DNA of 64,000 bases from Longimicrobiales bacterium (GCA_963422615.1 OY730414.1:1906302-1970301); one strand, 5' to 3'. Counted from the first letter of the stretch, positions 8,749 through 19,578 are shown. Notes: generated by a model from the letters alone, not told the origin. A program made the numbers and translations.

Positions 8749-10377
8749 ATGTCTGGAACGACCCGCGTTCCCCATCCTGTCAACGAACCTGTCTTTTCCT
8801 ACGCCCCCGGAACTCCGGAGCGGGCGAAGCTGAAAGCCGCCCTGCGAAGGATGTCGGACCCAACCACGGACATCCCCGTCATCATCGGGGGCGAAGAAAT
8901 CCGTACGGGCCGAACCCACGCGATTCATGCTCCCCACGACCACGGCCTGCGCTTGGGTCAATGGCACGCTGCCGGCGCCGCCGAGGCGCAAAGGGCCATC
9001 AAGAACACCCTCTCTGCCCGTCGGGAGTGGGCCTCTTGGCCCTGGGAGGACCGGGCCGCGGTGTTTTTGAAGGCGGCGGAAATCCTTTCCACCCGATGGC
9101 GCGCCACGCTCAACGCCGCGACCATGCTGGGACAAAGCAAGACCGCGTTCCAGACCGAGATCGACGCCGCCTGTGAAATGATCGACTTCTTCCGCTACGG
9201 CGCCCACTTTGCGGAACAGCTCTTCGATCAGCAACCTTTCTCCGAGAAGGGCGTATGGAATCGCATTGATTACCGGCCCTTGGAAGGCTTCGTGTACGCG
9301 GTCAGCCCCTTCAACTTCACAGCCATCGGCGGAAACCTGGCCGGCTTGCCGGCACTGGTGGGATGCGGGGTCCTGTGGAAGCCGTCCAAGCACGCCGTGC
9401 TCTCGGGATACTACACTTACAAGCTGCTTGAAGAGGCCGGCCTCCCCCCCGGCGTGATCAACTTCGTGCCTGGGGATCCCGTCGAAGTTACCCTGGCCGC
9501 GCTGGAGCATCCCGACTTCGCCGGACTCCACTTCACAGGTTCCACGGACGTTTTCCGCACCCTCTGGACCACGGTGGGTCGGAACATCGCCTCGTATCGC
9601 TCCTATCCCCGCTTGGTAGGGGAGACCGGGGGCAAGGACTTTATCGTCGCCCACCCGTCGGCCGATCCGGATGCGCTGCGCACCGCCATCGTCCGGGGAG
9701 CCTTTGAGTACCAGGGGCAAAAATGTTCCGCCGCTTCCAGGGCGTACGTTCCCGAATCCGTCTGGGAACAGATCGGGGATTCGTTGGCTTCCGAAACCGA
9801 GGCGCTGGCCATGGGTGACCCTGCGGACTTCCGGAATTTCGTCAATGCCGTCATCGATGAAGGGGCCTTCAAGAAGATCACGGCCTATATCGACCGGGCC
9901 CAGGGGAGCGCCGATGCGGAAGTCATCGCAGGGGGGCGCTATTCGGATGCGAATGGGTGGTTCATCCGTCCTACGATCATTCGGGCAAGAAATCCCGGTC
10001 ACGAGTCCATGTGCGACGAGATCTTCGGTCCGGTGATTTCGATTTACGTCTATCCTGACAAGGCCTGGGCGGAGACCTTGGACATCGTCGATTCCACATC
10101 TCCCTACGGCCTCACGGGAGCGGTTTTCTCCCGAGACCGGGCCGGCGTGCGGGAAGCAACGGACCGCCTACAGTACGCCGCCGGCAACTTCTACATCAAC
10201 GACAAGCCTACGGGGGCCGTCGTGGGACAGCAGCCCTTCGGCGGCGGACGGGCTTCCGGAACCAATGACAAGGCGGGTTCGGCCTTCAACCTCATGAGGT
10301 GGCTGACGCCTCGTACCATCAAGGAAAACCTGTCCCCACCCACCCGCCACGAATACCCCTTCATGGCGGAGGAGTAG
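8749..10377 (+). CDS. pruA: L-glutamate gamma-semialdehyde (P5C) dehydrogenase
   Basis: EIDAACEMIDFFR, SPFNFTAIGGNL, GETGGKDF, FEYQGQKCSA, GASGTNDKAG-like C-terminal motif. Confidence 0.95.
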   Translation: MSGTTRVPHPVNEPVFSYAPGTPERAKLKAALRRMSDPTTDIPVIIGGEEIRTGRTHAIHAPHDHGLRLGQWHAAGAAEAQRAIKNTLSARREWASWPWEDRAAVFLKAAEILSTRWRATLNAATMLGQSKTAFQTEIDAACEMIDFFRYGAHFAEQLFDQQPFSEKGVWNRIDYRPLEGFVYAVSPFNFTAIGGNLAGLPALVGCGVLWKPSKHAVLSGYYTYKLLEEAGLPPGVINFVPGDPVEVTLAALEHPDFAGLHFTGSTDVFRTLWTTVGRNIASYRSYPRLVGETGGKDFIVAHPSADPDALRTAIVRGAFEYQGQKCSAASRAYVPESVWEQIGDSLASETEALAMGDPADFRNFVNAVIDEGAFKKITAYIDRAQGSADAEVIAGGRYSDANGWFIRPTIIRARNPGHESMCDEIFGPVISIYVYPDKAWAETLDIVDSTSPYGLTGAVFSRDRAGVREATDRLQYAAGNFYINDKPTGAVVGQQPFGGGRASGTNDKAGSAFNLMRWLTPRTIKENLSPPTRHEYPFMAEE

Positions 10378-10445
10378 CGGGCCCGTCGGTACCGGCGGAA
10401 GCGCGCCGGCGGGAGGGGCTCCCAAGGTGCAACGATTGGGTACGC

Positions 10446-11648
10446 TTACGCGGGCTCGCTGCCAGAGGCAGTCAGGGCTGCGGCCGCAGCCCCGAAGTCG
10501 GCCTTGAGGTCTTCCAGGTCTTCCAGGCCCACCGAGATCCGTACGAAGCCATCGGGGATGCCCAGGGCATGGCGTTCCGTGGGCGTCAGGTCCGCATGGG
10601 ATGTGTAGCGGGGCTGGGATACCAGGGTCTCTACGCCACCCAAGGAGGGGGCCGGGAGAGCCAGCTTCAGGTTCGCAGAAAACTGGTCCGCGGCGACTCC
10701 GCCTCCTTCCAGAACGATGGAAACCACGCCTCCGTATCCGTTCAGCACTCGTTTCGCCTCCTGGTGGTCGGGATGACTCGGGAGACCGGGGTAGATCACC
10801 CGTCGCACACCCTGGATTCCGGCAAACCACTCCGCAAGGGCCAGGGCCGCCCGGTTGTGGCCGTCCATCCTGGCAGGAAGCGTGCGGATGCCCCGATCCA
10901 GGAGCCAGGCCGCCTGGGGATCCAGAGACGGACCGTACAACTTCATGGTCTTCGACACCCCGGCGATCAGGGCCCGACTTCCCGCCACGACCCCGCCGAT
11001 CAGGTCGGAGTGCCCGCCCAAGTACTTGGTCGCCGAATGGATGACCGCGTCCACCCCGTGGTCGGCGGCGCGAAGGTTTACCGGCGTAGCGAACGTGACG
11101 TCTGCGGCAAGGACCGCCCCGGCCTCCAGCGCGGCTGCCCGAGCCGGTCCGATGTCGAAAACCCGGAGAGCTGGATTCGTGGGCATCTCGAAGTACACCA
11201 CTCGGGTACGGGGGGTCAGCGCCGCCCTCCAAGCGTCGGGATCCTCCGGGTCCACAAAGTCGGTCTTGATTCCCCGTTTGGACAGTTCATCGGCGAGGAG
11301 AGTCCGAGTCGCGCCGTAAAGGTAGCGGCTGGCGACCACATGGTCTCCGGATTTCGTGAGGGACAGCAAGGTCATGGAAATGGCCGCCATGCCGCTGGCG
11401 AGAACCAGCGCCGCCTCCGTCCCTTCCAGGGCGGCAACCTTTGCGGCAGCCGCAAGTTGGTTCGGGTTGTTGCCGTAGCGGCTGTACAGTAGATTGACCC
11501 CGTCACCGGGCCCGGACCAACGAAACGTCGAGCTCCGAACGATGGGCGCGACCACCGGTTGTCCGGGCTCGACGACCGAATGTCCGGCGTGAACCGCGTT
11601 CGTCGCCGGGCGCAGGTCTCCGATTCCGCATCTCCGATCAACCTTCAT
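10446..11648 (-). CDS. Cys/Met metabolism PLP-dependent lyase (cystathionine gamma-lyase/synthase or methionine gamma-lyase family)
   Basis: YSRYGNNPN, ASGMAAI, EMPTNP, HSATKYLGGHSD, SLGGVETL, RISVGLE. Confidence 0.9.
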   Translation of the reverse strand: MKVDRRCGIGDLRPATNAVHAGHSVVEPGQPVVAPIVRSSTFRWSGPGDGVNLLYSRYGNNPNQLAAAAKVAALEGTEAALVLASGMAAISMTLLSLTKSGDHVVASRYLYGATRTLLADELSKRGIKTDFVDPEDPDAWRAALTPRTRVVYFEMPTNPALRVFDIGPARAAALEAGAVLAADVTFATPVNLRAADHGVDAVIHSATKYLGGHSDLIGGVVAGSRALIAGVSKTMKLYGPSLDPQAAWLLDRGIRTLPARMDGHNRAALALAEWFAGIQGVRRVIYPGLPSHPDHQEAKRVLNGYGGVVSIVLEGGGVAADQFSANLKLALPAPSLGGVETLVSQPRYTSHADLTPTERHALGIPDGFVRISVGLEDLEDLKADFGAAAAALTASGSEPA

Positions 11649-12229
11649 GGGTTCCTCCACGGTGGGGCGAGCGCACTCAGGGCCGAGGCGACCCCGCTCC
11701 TTTCCCGGTAAGCGAGACGGCGACCGACGAGCTTCCGCAGCAGTCTTTCGCCTTGGTTTCCCAACGTGGCAACCGAGTCGCCAGGGGCGATCTGCTGCCG
11801 CCGCTCCAGGGTCTCCCAGACGCGCCGTTCCCCTGCCGAAGCCTGTCCCAGTAGCTGGAAACAGCCCGTGCCTACATCGCACACCGCCGCCAGCCCCTGA
11901 CGACCTAGAACTTCCTTGACCGCGTGGCGCTGGACATCGCCGGACGCCCGGAAGAGGAAGAAGGCGTTCCGGGGTCGGTCGGGTCTCATATACCGAAGGA
12001 GAAGTTTCGCCACGACTTCGTCGGCACAACTGAAGTCCAGAACCCGAATCTGGGTGAAATCAATGAGAGAAACGGACAGGGAGTGAAGGCCGACCAGCCG
12101 CCCCTCGATCGCCGCCCGCACGGCCCGACCGGTTGGGCGCGTGACGAGGTTGGGGTGCAGCGACGCAACTGTGCCTCGTACAAGGGTGCTGACGTCGATA
12201 CTGATTGGGCTGGCCCGGCCTTCGATCAT
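11645..12229 (-). CDS. STAS-like (DUF4325-type) domain protein with C-terminal extension
   Basis: LVTRPTGRAVR...IDFTQIRVLDFSCADEVVAKLL matches the STAS-like pattern; ATGA overlaps on both sides. Confidence 0.6.
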   Translation of the reverse strand: MIEGRASPISIDVSTLVRGTVASLHPNLVTRPTGRAVRAAIEGRLVGLHSLSVSLIDFTQIRVLDFSCADEVVAKLLLRYMRPDRPRNAFFLFRASGDVQRHAVKEVLGRQGLAAVCDVGTGCFQLLGQASAGERRVWETLERRQQIAPGDSVATLGNQGERLLRKLVGRRLAYRERSGVASALSALAPPWRNP

Positions 12230-13137
12230 GGGTCCCGCTGGGGAAGAATGATGTTGATCTGGGCCCCGGGAAATTCGCACAAGGCATCCTCAACGGGAGA
12301 CATCCGGATCCAGGACGGCGTGTCGGAGAGGCGCGCCGTACCGCTTCGGATGGACAGCAGGCCGCCCCAGCGGCCCACCTGTTTGCGAATCTGTTTGATT
12401 CCCTGGCCCCTTCCCGTGTCCGGAAAGCGGGTGAGCCCCATGAGGAAGGCAGCTTCCAGGGCCGTGACGTCTCCCCAACGGTCCCCGAAGCGACCCGAGT
12501 GCTCGTCGGCAAGAGAAGCCCGGAATCCCCGTCCGATGTCGGACACGGCGATCACGACCACTTGTCGCCCCAAGCGCTGGCTCCAGTTGTAGGACTGGAC
12601 CGCCACCCAGCCGGGACCCTCGGCGTGCTCAATAATGTTCTGGCAGACCTCGGAGAGAATTACCGAAAACTGAACCACCGCCGCCGGAGAATACCGCAAG
12701 GTCTTGGACAAGATGGCCCCGGCCCGAGACTGAACCCGCTCTACGACTTGGTGAACATCGGAGTTCGTGGTCACCGAAGTGATTTCCAACAGTACGTCCG
12801 AAGCCCGGGAAGGACGGCGCCCCGCCTTCGGAAGAGGGGGATCGAAGACCCCGTTGGCCGCTTCCGAAAAGCCCATTCGGCTCAGGTAGCCCGTCACTTC
12901 CTGATGGTCGGGCAATGATATCCTGGGGGCTAGCCCACTCCTGCGTCCGACAACTCGGCCCGCTGCAAGGAGCCCGATCATGCCGTTGGGATCGATCCAA
13001 CGGAGGCGCCTTGCGTCAAATAGGACCGGCCCCGGCTCGCAGCACCCGGCCCCTTGGTACAGGGTCTCGATGTTCCGGTAGTCCAGAGAGGGGGGGATGT
13101 TGAGAATTCGCAAGTCAGGCTTCCCGCGCAGAAGCAT
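12226..13137 (-). CDS. STAS-like + GHKL/HATPase (RsbW-like) ATP-binding protein
   Basis: N box SEVCQNIIEHA, G1 DIGRGF, G2 GRGQGI, terminal GAQINI; N-terminal FDARRLRWIDPNG. Confidence 0.75.
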   Translation of the reverse strand: MLLRGKPDLRILNIPPSLDYRNIETLYQGAGCCEPGPVLFDARRLRWIDPNGMIGLLAAGRVVGRRSGLAPRISLPDHQEVTGYLSRMGFSEAANGVFDPPLPKAGRRPSRASDVLLEITSVTTNSDVHQVVERVQSRAGAILSKTLRYSPAAVVQFSVILSEVCQNIIEHAEGPGWVAVQSYNWSQRLGRQVVVIAVSDIGRGFRASLADEHSGRFGDRWGDVTALEAAFLMGLTRFPDTGRGQGIKQIRKQVGRWGGLLSIRSGTARLSDTPSWIRMSPVEDALCEFPGAQINIILPQRDP

Positions 13138-13309
13138 CGAACCAAAGGGCGCCCGCCCGTTCCTTGGCGGCCTAGAACCCAGGATCTCACGAGCCCCCGG
13201 GGCGAAAAATCCAAACGCCTTGTTCGCGCATATGACCCGTGTCCAAGCTCCGGGCCCACGCCCCACCCGAAAGAAGGTAACCCAAGTCGGACCCGGTGTC
13301 CTTGGGGCC

Positions 13310-14392
13310 TCAGTGGCGTCCAAACGTGGTTCGCGCAAAGATCCCGGCGGCGCCGACCAGCCCCGCCGTCTCCGGGCGCTGGGCAGACAGGATGCGGCAG
13401 GCTTGGAACGCCGAACGAAAGGCACGCCGGCCCACTTCCCTGCGCAAGGGCTGGAACAGGCGCTCCCCGGCCCGGGTCACGCCGCCGGTCATGACGATGA
13501 CGTCCGGGTTGAAGAGGTTGACCAGGTTCGCAACCGCCACCCCAAGAATCCGTGCCGTTTCCAACAGGACCTGGTTTGCGTAGCGGTCACCTGCGTCGGC
13601 CGCCTCACAAACCATCTCGGCCGTGATGCGGGCCGGATCGCGACCCGCAAGTTCGGTGAGGGAGGAGACGGCGCCCTCTTCGATGCCCTCCACGGCCCGG
13701 GCGGCGATTCCGGGTCCCGCCGCATAGGCCTCGACACAGCCTAGGGAGCCGCATGCGCAACGGCGCCCGGCAAAGTCTACGGACATGTGCCCGACTTCTC
13801 CGGCGGCCCCGGATGCGCCCCGGTAGACTTCACCGTCAAGGATCATTCCGCCCCCAATCCCGGTCCCCAAGGTGAGGCAGATGAGCCGGTCCGCCAACCG
13901 ACCGGCGCCCAGCCACCACTCCCCGTATGCGGCACAGTTGGCATCGTTGTCCAGCGTCGCCGGAAGGCCCGTTGCTTCCGAGACCAGATCCCGGAGCGGA
14001 ACGTTCTTCCACCCGAGGTTCGGGGATTCCAGGACGGTGCCGGAGGTCCGGTCCAGGGGACCCGGGGATGCGATGCCGATTCCCGCCACACCTCCCGCCA
14101 CCCCCGCACCCCCGGCCGGGTCCGTCTCCCCACCGTTCAACCCCGCCCAGGAGTCCCGAACCATGGCGGCAATTCGGTCCACCGCCGAAGCAGGCCCCAG
14201 TTCCGGCCGAGTGGGCGCCGTCCTCACCTCCGACGGATCCCCGCCCGCGAACGGGACCATCCCCGTCCGCAGGTGCGTCCCCCCGAGGTCAACCGCGGCA
14301 ATCCAGCGGAACGGATCCGCCATGGCAAACTTTCGCTGGAGGCCGAGCCCCGGGGCTGCATGATACGGGTCGCCGTTCCGCGGCTCCGCCAT
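13310..14392 (-). CDS. ROK family sugar kinase (glucokinase-like)
   Basis: DLGGT, SPGP, DNDANCAAYGE, GTGIGGG, GEVGH, CACGSLGCVE; alternative start at 14323. Confidence 0.9.
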   Translation of the reverse strand: MAEPRNGDPYHAAPGLGLQRKFAMADPFRWIAAVDLGGTHLRTGMVPFAGGDPSEVRTAPTRPELGPASAVDRIAAMVRDSWAGLNGGETDPAGGAGVAGGVAGIGIASPGPLDRTSGTVLESPNLGWKNVPLRDLVSEATGLPATLDNDANCAAYGEWWLGAGRLADRLICLTLGTGIGGGMILDGEVYRGASGAAGEVGHMSVDFAGRRCACGSLGCVEAYAAGPGIAARAVEGIEEGAVSSLTELAGRDPARITAEMVCEAADAGDRYANQVLLETARILGVAVANLVNLFNPDVIVMTGGVTRAGERLFQPLRREVGRRAFRSAFQACRILSAQRPETAGLVGAAGIFARTTFGRH

Positions 14393-14400
14393 GGCAAACT
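14312..14400. repeat. 20-bp direct repeat with 69-bp period at ROK gene 5' end
   Basis: cggatccgccatggcaaact (14312) and cggctccgccatggcaaact (14381), one mismatch. Confidence 0.75.
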
Positions 14401-14431
14401 CCCGGCAAAACACGAATCCGGGCCGACGTCA

Positions 14432-16237
14432 TCAACGTGAGGGGTCCAGCTGCAGCACGGCCATGAACGCCTCTTGGGGAATCTCCACCGAGCCCACCTG
14501 CTTCATTCGCTTTTTCCCCTCTCTCTGACGCTCGAGAAGCTTTCGCTTCCGCGTGATGTCGCCCCCGTAGCATTTGGCCGTCACATTCTTGCGCACGGCC
14601 TTGACCGTCTCCCGGGCAATCACCTGGTTGCCGACAGCTGCCTGAAGAGCGACCTCGAACTGCTGCCGGGGGATCAGCTCCTTCAGCTTGCGGGCGAGGG
14701 AGCGACCGTGACGGTAGGCATTGTCCCTGTGGAGGATCACCGAAAACGCGTCGACGGGGTCTCCGTTCACCTTGACGTCCAGCCGTACAAGATCTCCCGT
14801 CCGGTATTCCTGGAACTCGTAGTCCAGAGCCGCGTAGCCCCGGGTGCTTCCCTTGAGCCGGTCGTAGAAGTCGAGGACGATCTCGGCCAGAGGCAGCTCA
14901 AACTCCATTTCCACCCGGCGGGGATCGACATAGCTCATCCCTCCAAACACCCCGCGCCGCTCGTGGCAGAGCTTCTGTACGTTCCCGATGTACCCGGAGG
15001 GCACCAAGATGCGGGCCTTCACCAAAGGTTCGGCAATGGACTCAATGAGGGCCCGGTCCGGAAGCCGGGTCGGGTTTTCGACGCTGAGCACGGTTCCGTC
15101 TGCCATGGAGACCCGGTACTCCACGTTGGGAACCGTGGTGATGAGCTTCACATCGAATTCCCGGTCCAGCCGCTCCTGGACGATCTCAAGATGGAGAAGC
15201 CCCAGGAACCCGCACCGGAACCCGAATCCCAGGGCCCGGGAGGTCTCGGGCTCGAACTGGAGGGCCGCGTCGTTCAGTTTGAGCCGCTGGAGGGCGTCCC
15301 CGAGTTCTCCGTAGTGGTCCGAATCGGCGGGATAGAGGCCGGCGAAGACCATCGGCCTCACCTCCTGATATCCCGGGAGCAGCTCTTCGGCTGGATTGCG
15401 AGCGTCAAGAACCGTGTCTCCCGCGCGGGTGTCGGACACGGCCTTGATGGCCGCCACGAGGTAACCCACTTCCCCGGGGCCCAGAGCATCGCGCGGAACT
15501 CGCCCCAGGCGCTGGTGCCCCACCTCCGTTACCTCATAGCGGGTGTCCACGGCGCCAAAGGCGATGGACATGCCCGGGCAAACCGTGCCGTCAAAGACCC
15601 GGATGCTGGGGATGGCCCCCAGGTACGGGTCGTAGTACGAGTCGAAGATCAACGCCCTAAGCGGAGCGCCGGGGTCGCCCGCAGGCGGGGGGACCCGGTC
15701 CACCACGGCTTCCAGCACTGCTTCGACACCCCAACCCTCTTTTGCGCTGGCTTCCAGGATCGAAGCCGGAGGAACGCCGATGAGTTCCGCGACTTCTTCC
15801 CGGCGCCGCTGGGGTTCGGCTCCCGGAAGGTCGATCTTGTTGAGGACGGGAATGATTTCCAGGTCGGCATCCAGGGCGAGAAACAGGTTCGACAGGGTTT
15901 GGGCCTGGACGCCCTGCGTGGCGTCTACCACTAGAACCGCGCCTTCGCAAGCCGCCAAGGAACGGGATACCTCGTAGGTGAAATCCACGTGTCCGGGGGT
16001 GTCGATCAGATTGAGTTCGTACTCCTGGCCGTCCCCGGAGCGGTACGACATGCGGATCGCATGGAGCTTGATGGTGATGCCCCGCTCCCGCTCCAGTTCG
16101 TTGGAATCCAGGACCTGTTCCCGCATCTGACGGCTGTCCAGGGTGGCCGTGGCTTCCAGAAGCCGGTCGGCCAGGGTGGACTTCCCGTGGTCGATGTGGG
16201 CGATGATGCAGAAGTTGCGAATGAGGTCGGTTCGCAC
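14432..16237 (-). CDS. lepA: Elongation factor 4
   Basis: [42 protein letters not shown]. Confidence 0.98.
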   Translation of the reverse strand: MRTDLIRNFCIIAHIDHGKSTLADRLLEATATLDSRQMREQVLDSNELERERGITIKLHAIRMSYRSGDGQEYELNLIDTPGHVDFTYEVSRSLAACEGAVLVVDATQGVQAQTLSNLFLALDADLEIIPVLNKIDLPGAEPQRRREEVAELIGVPPASILEASAKEGWGVEAVLEAVVDRVPPPAGDPGAPLRALIFDSYYDPYLGAIPSIRVFDGTVCPGMSIAFGAVDTRYEVTEVGHQRLGRVPRDALGPGEVGYLVAAIKAVSDTRAGDTVLDARNPAEELLPGYQEVRPMVFAGLYPADSDHYGELGDALQRLKLNDAALQFEPETSRALGFGFRCGFLGLLHLEIVQERLDREFDVKLITTVPNVEYRVSMADGTVLSVENPTRLPDRALIESIAEPLVKARILVPSGYIGNVQKLCHERRGVFGGMSYVDPRRVEMEFELPLAEIVLDFYDRLKGSTRGYAALDYEFQEYRTGDLVRLDVKVNGDPVDAFSVILHRDNAYRHGRSLARKLKELIPRQQFEVALQAAVGNQVIARETVKAVRKNVTAKCYGGDITRKRKLLERQREGKKRMKQVGSVEIPQEAFMAVLQLDPSR

Positions 16238-16392
16238 GGAAGATACGGCCCTGAGTCGTGGAAGGCGGGCGCCGCCGGAGCATATTAACATATGGACTTT
16301 CTGGTGCCCATGTCCTGGTGGACGGACCCGCAAGTGCAAGCTCGGGTATATTGCGGGCCCTGGCCCGTCACCTTCGGTTCGTGGAGTTGCTC

Positions 16393-19300
16393 ATGACCCA
16401 GTGGGAAAACAAGATTGCAGTCGTGTTCTTGGGAGCGCTGGCTTTCGCTGCTCCCGCGGGTTCGGTCCAGGGCCAGCCGGGCACCGTTGCGGGAACCGTT
16501 ACCGACGCCGCTACCGGTCAGCCCCTTGCCGGGGCTCAGGTCCACATCCCCGCTCTGGCCACTGGCGCCCTGTCCCGCCCGGAGGGCCGCTTCGTCCTCA
16601 CGGACGTGCCCCCGGGCACGCACGAACTGGAAGTGGACCTGATCGGCTACGTGCCCCTCACCCGGACCGTCAGCGTGGCCGCCAACGAAACCGTGATCCT
16701 CGGGCTGCGGCTGCACGCGACGGCCCTCCCGCTCCCGGAGATTGTGGTCACGGGGACGGCGTTCGAGGAATCTCCCGTCACCCTCCCCTACGCCGTCACC
16801 GTATCGGGGCGCCGGACCCTGGCGGAACAAGGGTCCCCCCAGGCCGTGGACTTCTTCAAGAACCTGGGCGCGAGCCACGGGATCATCGGGGAGCGCCAGA
16901 GCTGGTACAACTCCGGCCAAGCCGCCACCGTACCGGAGACCGTGGCCAACGTCAACCTGCGGGGCTTGGGCTCGTCCCGCACCCTCGTGTTGCTCAACGG
17001 ACGCCGCCAAGTGTACGTGCCGGCCCGGCTCATTGGAGGCCGCTTCGTCGACGTCAACGCCTTTCCGTCCGTCGCCCTGGACCGGATCGAGGTGCTGAAG
17101 GAAGGCGCTTCGGCGATCTACGGCTCGGATGCGGTGGCAGGTGTCGCCAACTTCATGACCCGCAAAGACTTCGAAGGATTCGAAGTCTCGGGGGCCCACG
17201 AGTACTTCAGGGGTTCGGGGGACACGAATGCCGGAGGCATTTGGGGCCGGCCCCTAGGCGGACGCGCGCACGCCGTCGTCTCGGCAGAGGTGTGGGTACG
17301 GCAGGCCCTGAGGTCCCGGGACCGGGACTGGGCCCTTCGCCCCTTCACCCCCGGTGGTGGTGCTTGGTCCTATACCGGCAACCCGGGCGCGTTTCTTTTC
17401 CCCGAGCTGACCGGAAGCGAAACCAAAGAAGAGTTCGTCACTGCCCTCGTCGACGCCCAGTTCGGCGACGGCAGCGGCGTCTTCATCGACCCCAACTGCG
17501 AGAACTTCGGCGGCCACCTGGAAAACGAAACCTGCCGCTTTCGCTACCAGCCGTGGGACAATCTCCTGGAGGCTTCGCGCCATGTCCGGGCGTTCGCCGA
17601 ACTCAACGGCAGCCGGGACCGGTTGAACTACCACCTGGAAGCCCTGTGGTCCGAGGCCACGACCCCCGACTGGGTCACAACCCCGTCGTACCCGCCCATC
17701 TCTCCGTACAACGGTGTCCAGGTGATCGAGCCCGGAAACCCCGGGCGACAGGCATTCTGCCGAAATTATGCCCAAGCGGCCGGGTTCGCCTCCGAATCCG
17801 GCTGCCTGGGCAACGATTGGTACTTTTATGGTCGCCTGGTCGGGAACAGCGGTCCCGGGCGGACGTTGCGCCGGGGCTCCCGCACCCAACGGATTGCGGC
17901 CTCCCTGGAGCGGGAGATCGAGCTCCCCGGAGGGCGGGATGCGAACCTTGACCTGGCCTTCAGCTTTTCCCGCTCCGCCGGAAACATGAACTTGCCGGCG
18001 GAATACGCCTACCGAAAGTTTCTCGCCTTCCGGGGGTTCGGCGGCCCGAACTGCGGGGTCGGCGTGGTACGCGATCCCGAGAGCCCTTCCGGGATGGCCC
18101 TGGGAGCCCTGAACGGCGCCGTGGCCGGCCAGGGGGGCTGCCTGTACTACAATCCTTTCAGCAATGCCCACGCGTACTCCCGCCAGCCGGGCGCCCGGTA
18201 CGAGAACCAAGCGAACCCGGATTACGTCGCCGGACTCGAGAACAGCCCCGAGCTGATCGACTGGATCAACGCCGAAGTCGACCTTGACAACACGGCGAAC
18301 CTGTGGGTAGCCGACGCGATGCTGAAGGGAGACTTGGTTGAGGACAGGGTCAGATACGCTACCGGTTACCAGTTTCGTTTGCTTGATGTATCGGCCACCC
18401 CGAACCGGCCCGGGGACTTGTCGGTCAACCCCTGCCCCGTGCCGGGAGACACGAGCTGCCTGGAGAAGGTCGGTCCGTTCACGTTCACGACGGGATTCTA
18501 CCCGTATGACGACGTGCAGACGGTACACAGGCTGTTCGCCGAGTTCCCGGTTAGCCTGGGACCGAGGGTCAACGGGCAGGTCGCGGCAAACTACGAGTTC
18601 CACAAGGTGGCGAGCAGCTTCGACCCCAAGGTTGCCGTGCGGGTGCAGCTCGCGGACCCCTTGGTGTTTCGCGCCTCGGTCCAGACAACCTTCCGGACGC
18701 CCTCGGTGGATGACGTGAACGAAGACGGGACCACGTCCCTTGAATACGTGACGGAAGCGGGGATTTACAAGGCCGTGGACACCTTCGGCAGCGACGAGTT
18801 GGAACCCGAGCGGGCCTTCACCTACAACGCGGGCCTCAACCTCCTGCTAACCCGCCTGCGGGCATCCCTTGACTATTGGCGGTACGACTTCGAGAACGTG
18901 ATCGACGTTCTGCCCCAAAGTGGGGTCACCCGCCTCTACGACATGGGCGGAGCGGCCCGGGCAGCCGTACGGGAATTCGTCACTTGCCCCGACGGACAGG
19001 GAACGGGCACCTGTGAAGCCGCGGGCATCGAGCGAATCCGGGTGAATCTCATCAACTGGCCGGGCATCGAAACGTCGGGCTTCGACTGGCACCTGAGCAC
19101 CCGTTTGCCGGCGAACGCGGGCATCATCTCTCTGGGTACCGACGGTACGTATACGCGCAGTTTCTACGTGAAGGCCCTTCAACTGAACGGTGTGGAGATC
19201 CATTCCGCCCAGGACGGCGTCGGAAAGCTCAACTGGTTCTCCCCCATTGCACCGCCGCTTCCCAGCTGGAAGTTGCGCGTGACCGCGGGCTACCACGTGG

Positions 19301-19578
19301 GCGGATACAGCTTGGTCACCTACCTGAACTCCATCTCGTCCTACATCAATCAAGCCTTCCCGGACACGAAGTTCGAGCGTATCGACAGGTTCATCACGTG
19401 GGATGTGAGCCTTCTGCAGCGGATGTCCGACGGAATTGACGTCTCCCTGTCGGCGCTGAACCTCCTGGGCTCGGATCCACCCCCGGTCAACTGGGAGCAG
19501 GGCTACGACGGGTTCACCCACAATCCCAAGGGCCGCCGCGTGAAGATGTCCCTCACCTATCGCTTCGGAGACAGATAG
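16393..19578 (+). CDS. TonB-dependent receptor with N-terminal carboxypeptidase-regulatory-like domain
   Basis: Signal peptide; GTVTDAATGQPLAGAQV; plug NLRGLGSSRTLVLLNGRR, RIEVLKEGASAIYGSDAVAGV; C-terminal barrel strands. Confidence 0.93.
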   Translation: MTQWENKIAVVFLGALAFAAPAGSVQGQPGTVAGTVTDAATGQPLAGAQVHIPALATGALSRPEGRFVLTDVPPGTHELEVDLIGYVPLTRTVSVAANETVILGLRLHATALPLPEIVVTGTAFEESPVTLPYAVTVSGRRTLAEQGSPQAVDFFKNLGASHGIIGERQSWYNSGQAATVPETVANVNLRGLGSSRTLVLLNGRRQVYVPARLIGGRFVDVNAFPSVALDRIEVLKEGASAIYGSDAVAGVANFMTRKDFEGFEVSGAHEYFRGSGDTNAGGIWGRPLGGRAHAVVSAEVWVRQALRSRDRDWALRPFTPGGGAWSYTGNPGAFLFPELTGSETKEEFVTALVDAQFGDGSGVFIDPNCENFGGHLENETCRFRYQPWDNLLEASRHVRAFAELNGSRDRLNYHLEALWSEATTPDWVTTPSYPPISPYNGVQVIEPGNPGRQAFCRNYAQAAGFASESGCLGNDWYFYGRLVGNSGPGRTLRRGSRTQRIAASLEREIELPGGRDANLDLAFSFSRSAGNMNLPAEYAYRKFLAFRGFGGPNCGVGVVRDPESPSGMALGALNGAVAGQGGCLYYNPFSNAHAYSRQPGARYENQANPDYVAGLENSPELIDWINAEVDLDNTANLWVADAMLKGDLVEDRVRYATGYQFRLLDVSATPNRPGDLSVNPCPVPGDTSCLEKVGPFTFTTGFYPYDDVQTVHRLFAEFPVSLGPRVNGQVAANYEFHKVASSFDPKVAVRVQLADPLVFRASVQTTFRTPSVDDVNEDGTTSLEYVTEAGIYKAVDTFGSDELEPERAFTYNAGLNLLLTRLRASLDYWRYDFENVIDVLPQSGVTRLYDMGGAARAAVREFVTCPDGQGTGTCEAAGIERIRVNLINWPGIETSGFDWHLSTRLPANAGIISLGTDGTYTRSFYVKALQLNGVEIHSAQDGVGKLNWFSPIAPPLPSWKLRVTAGYHVGGYSLVTYLNSISSYINQAFPDTKFERIDRFITWDVSLLQRMSDGIDVSLSALNLLGSDPPPVNWEQGYDGFTHNPKGRRVKMSLTYRFGDR

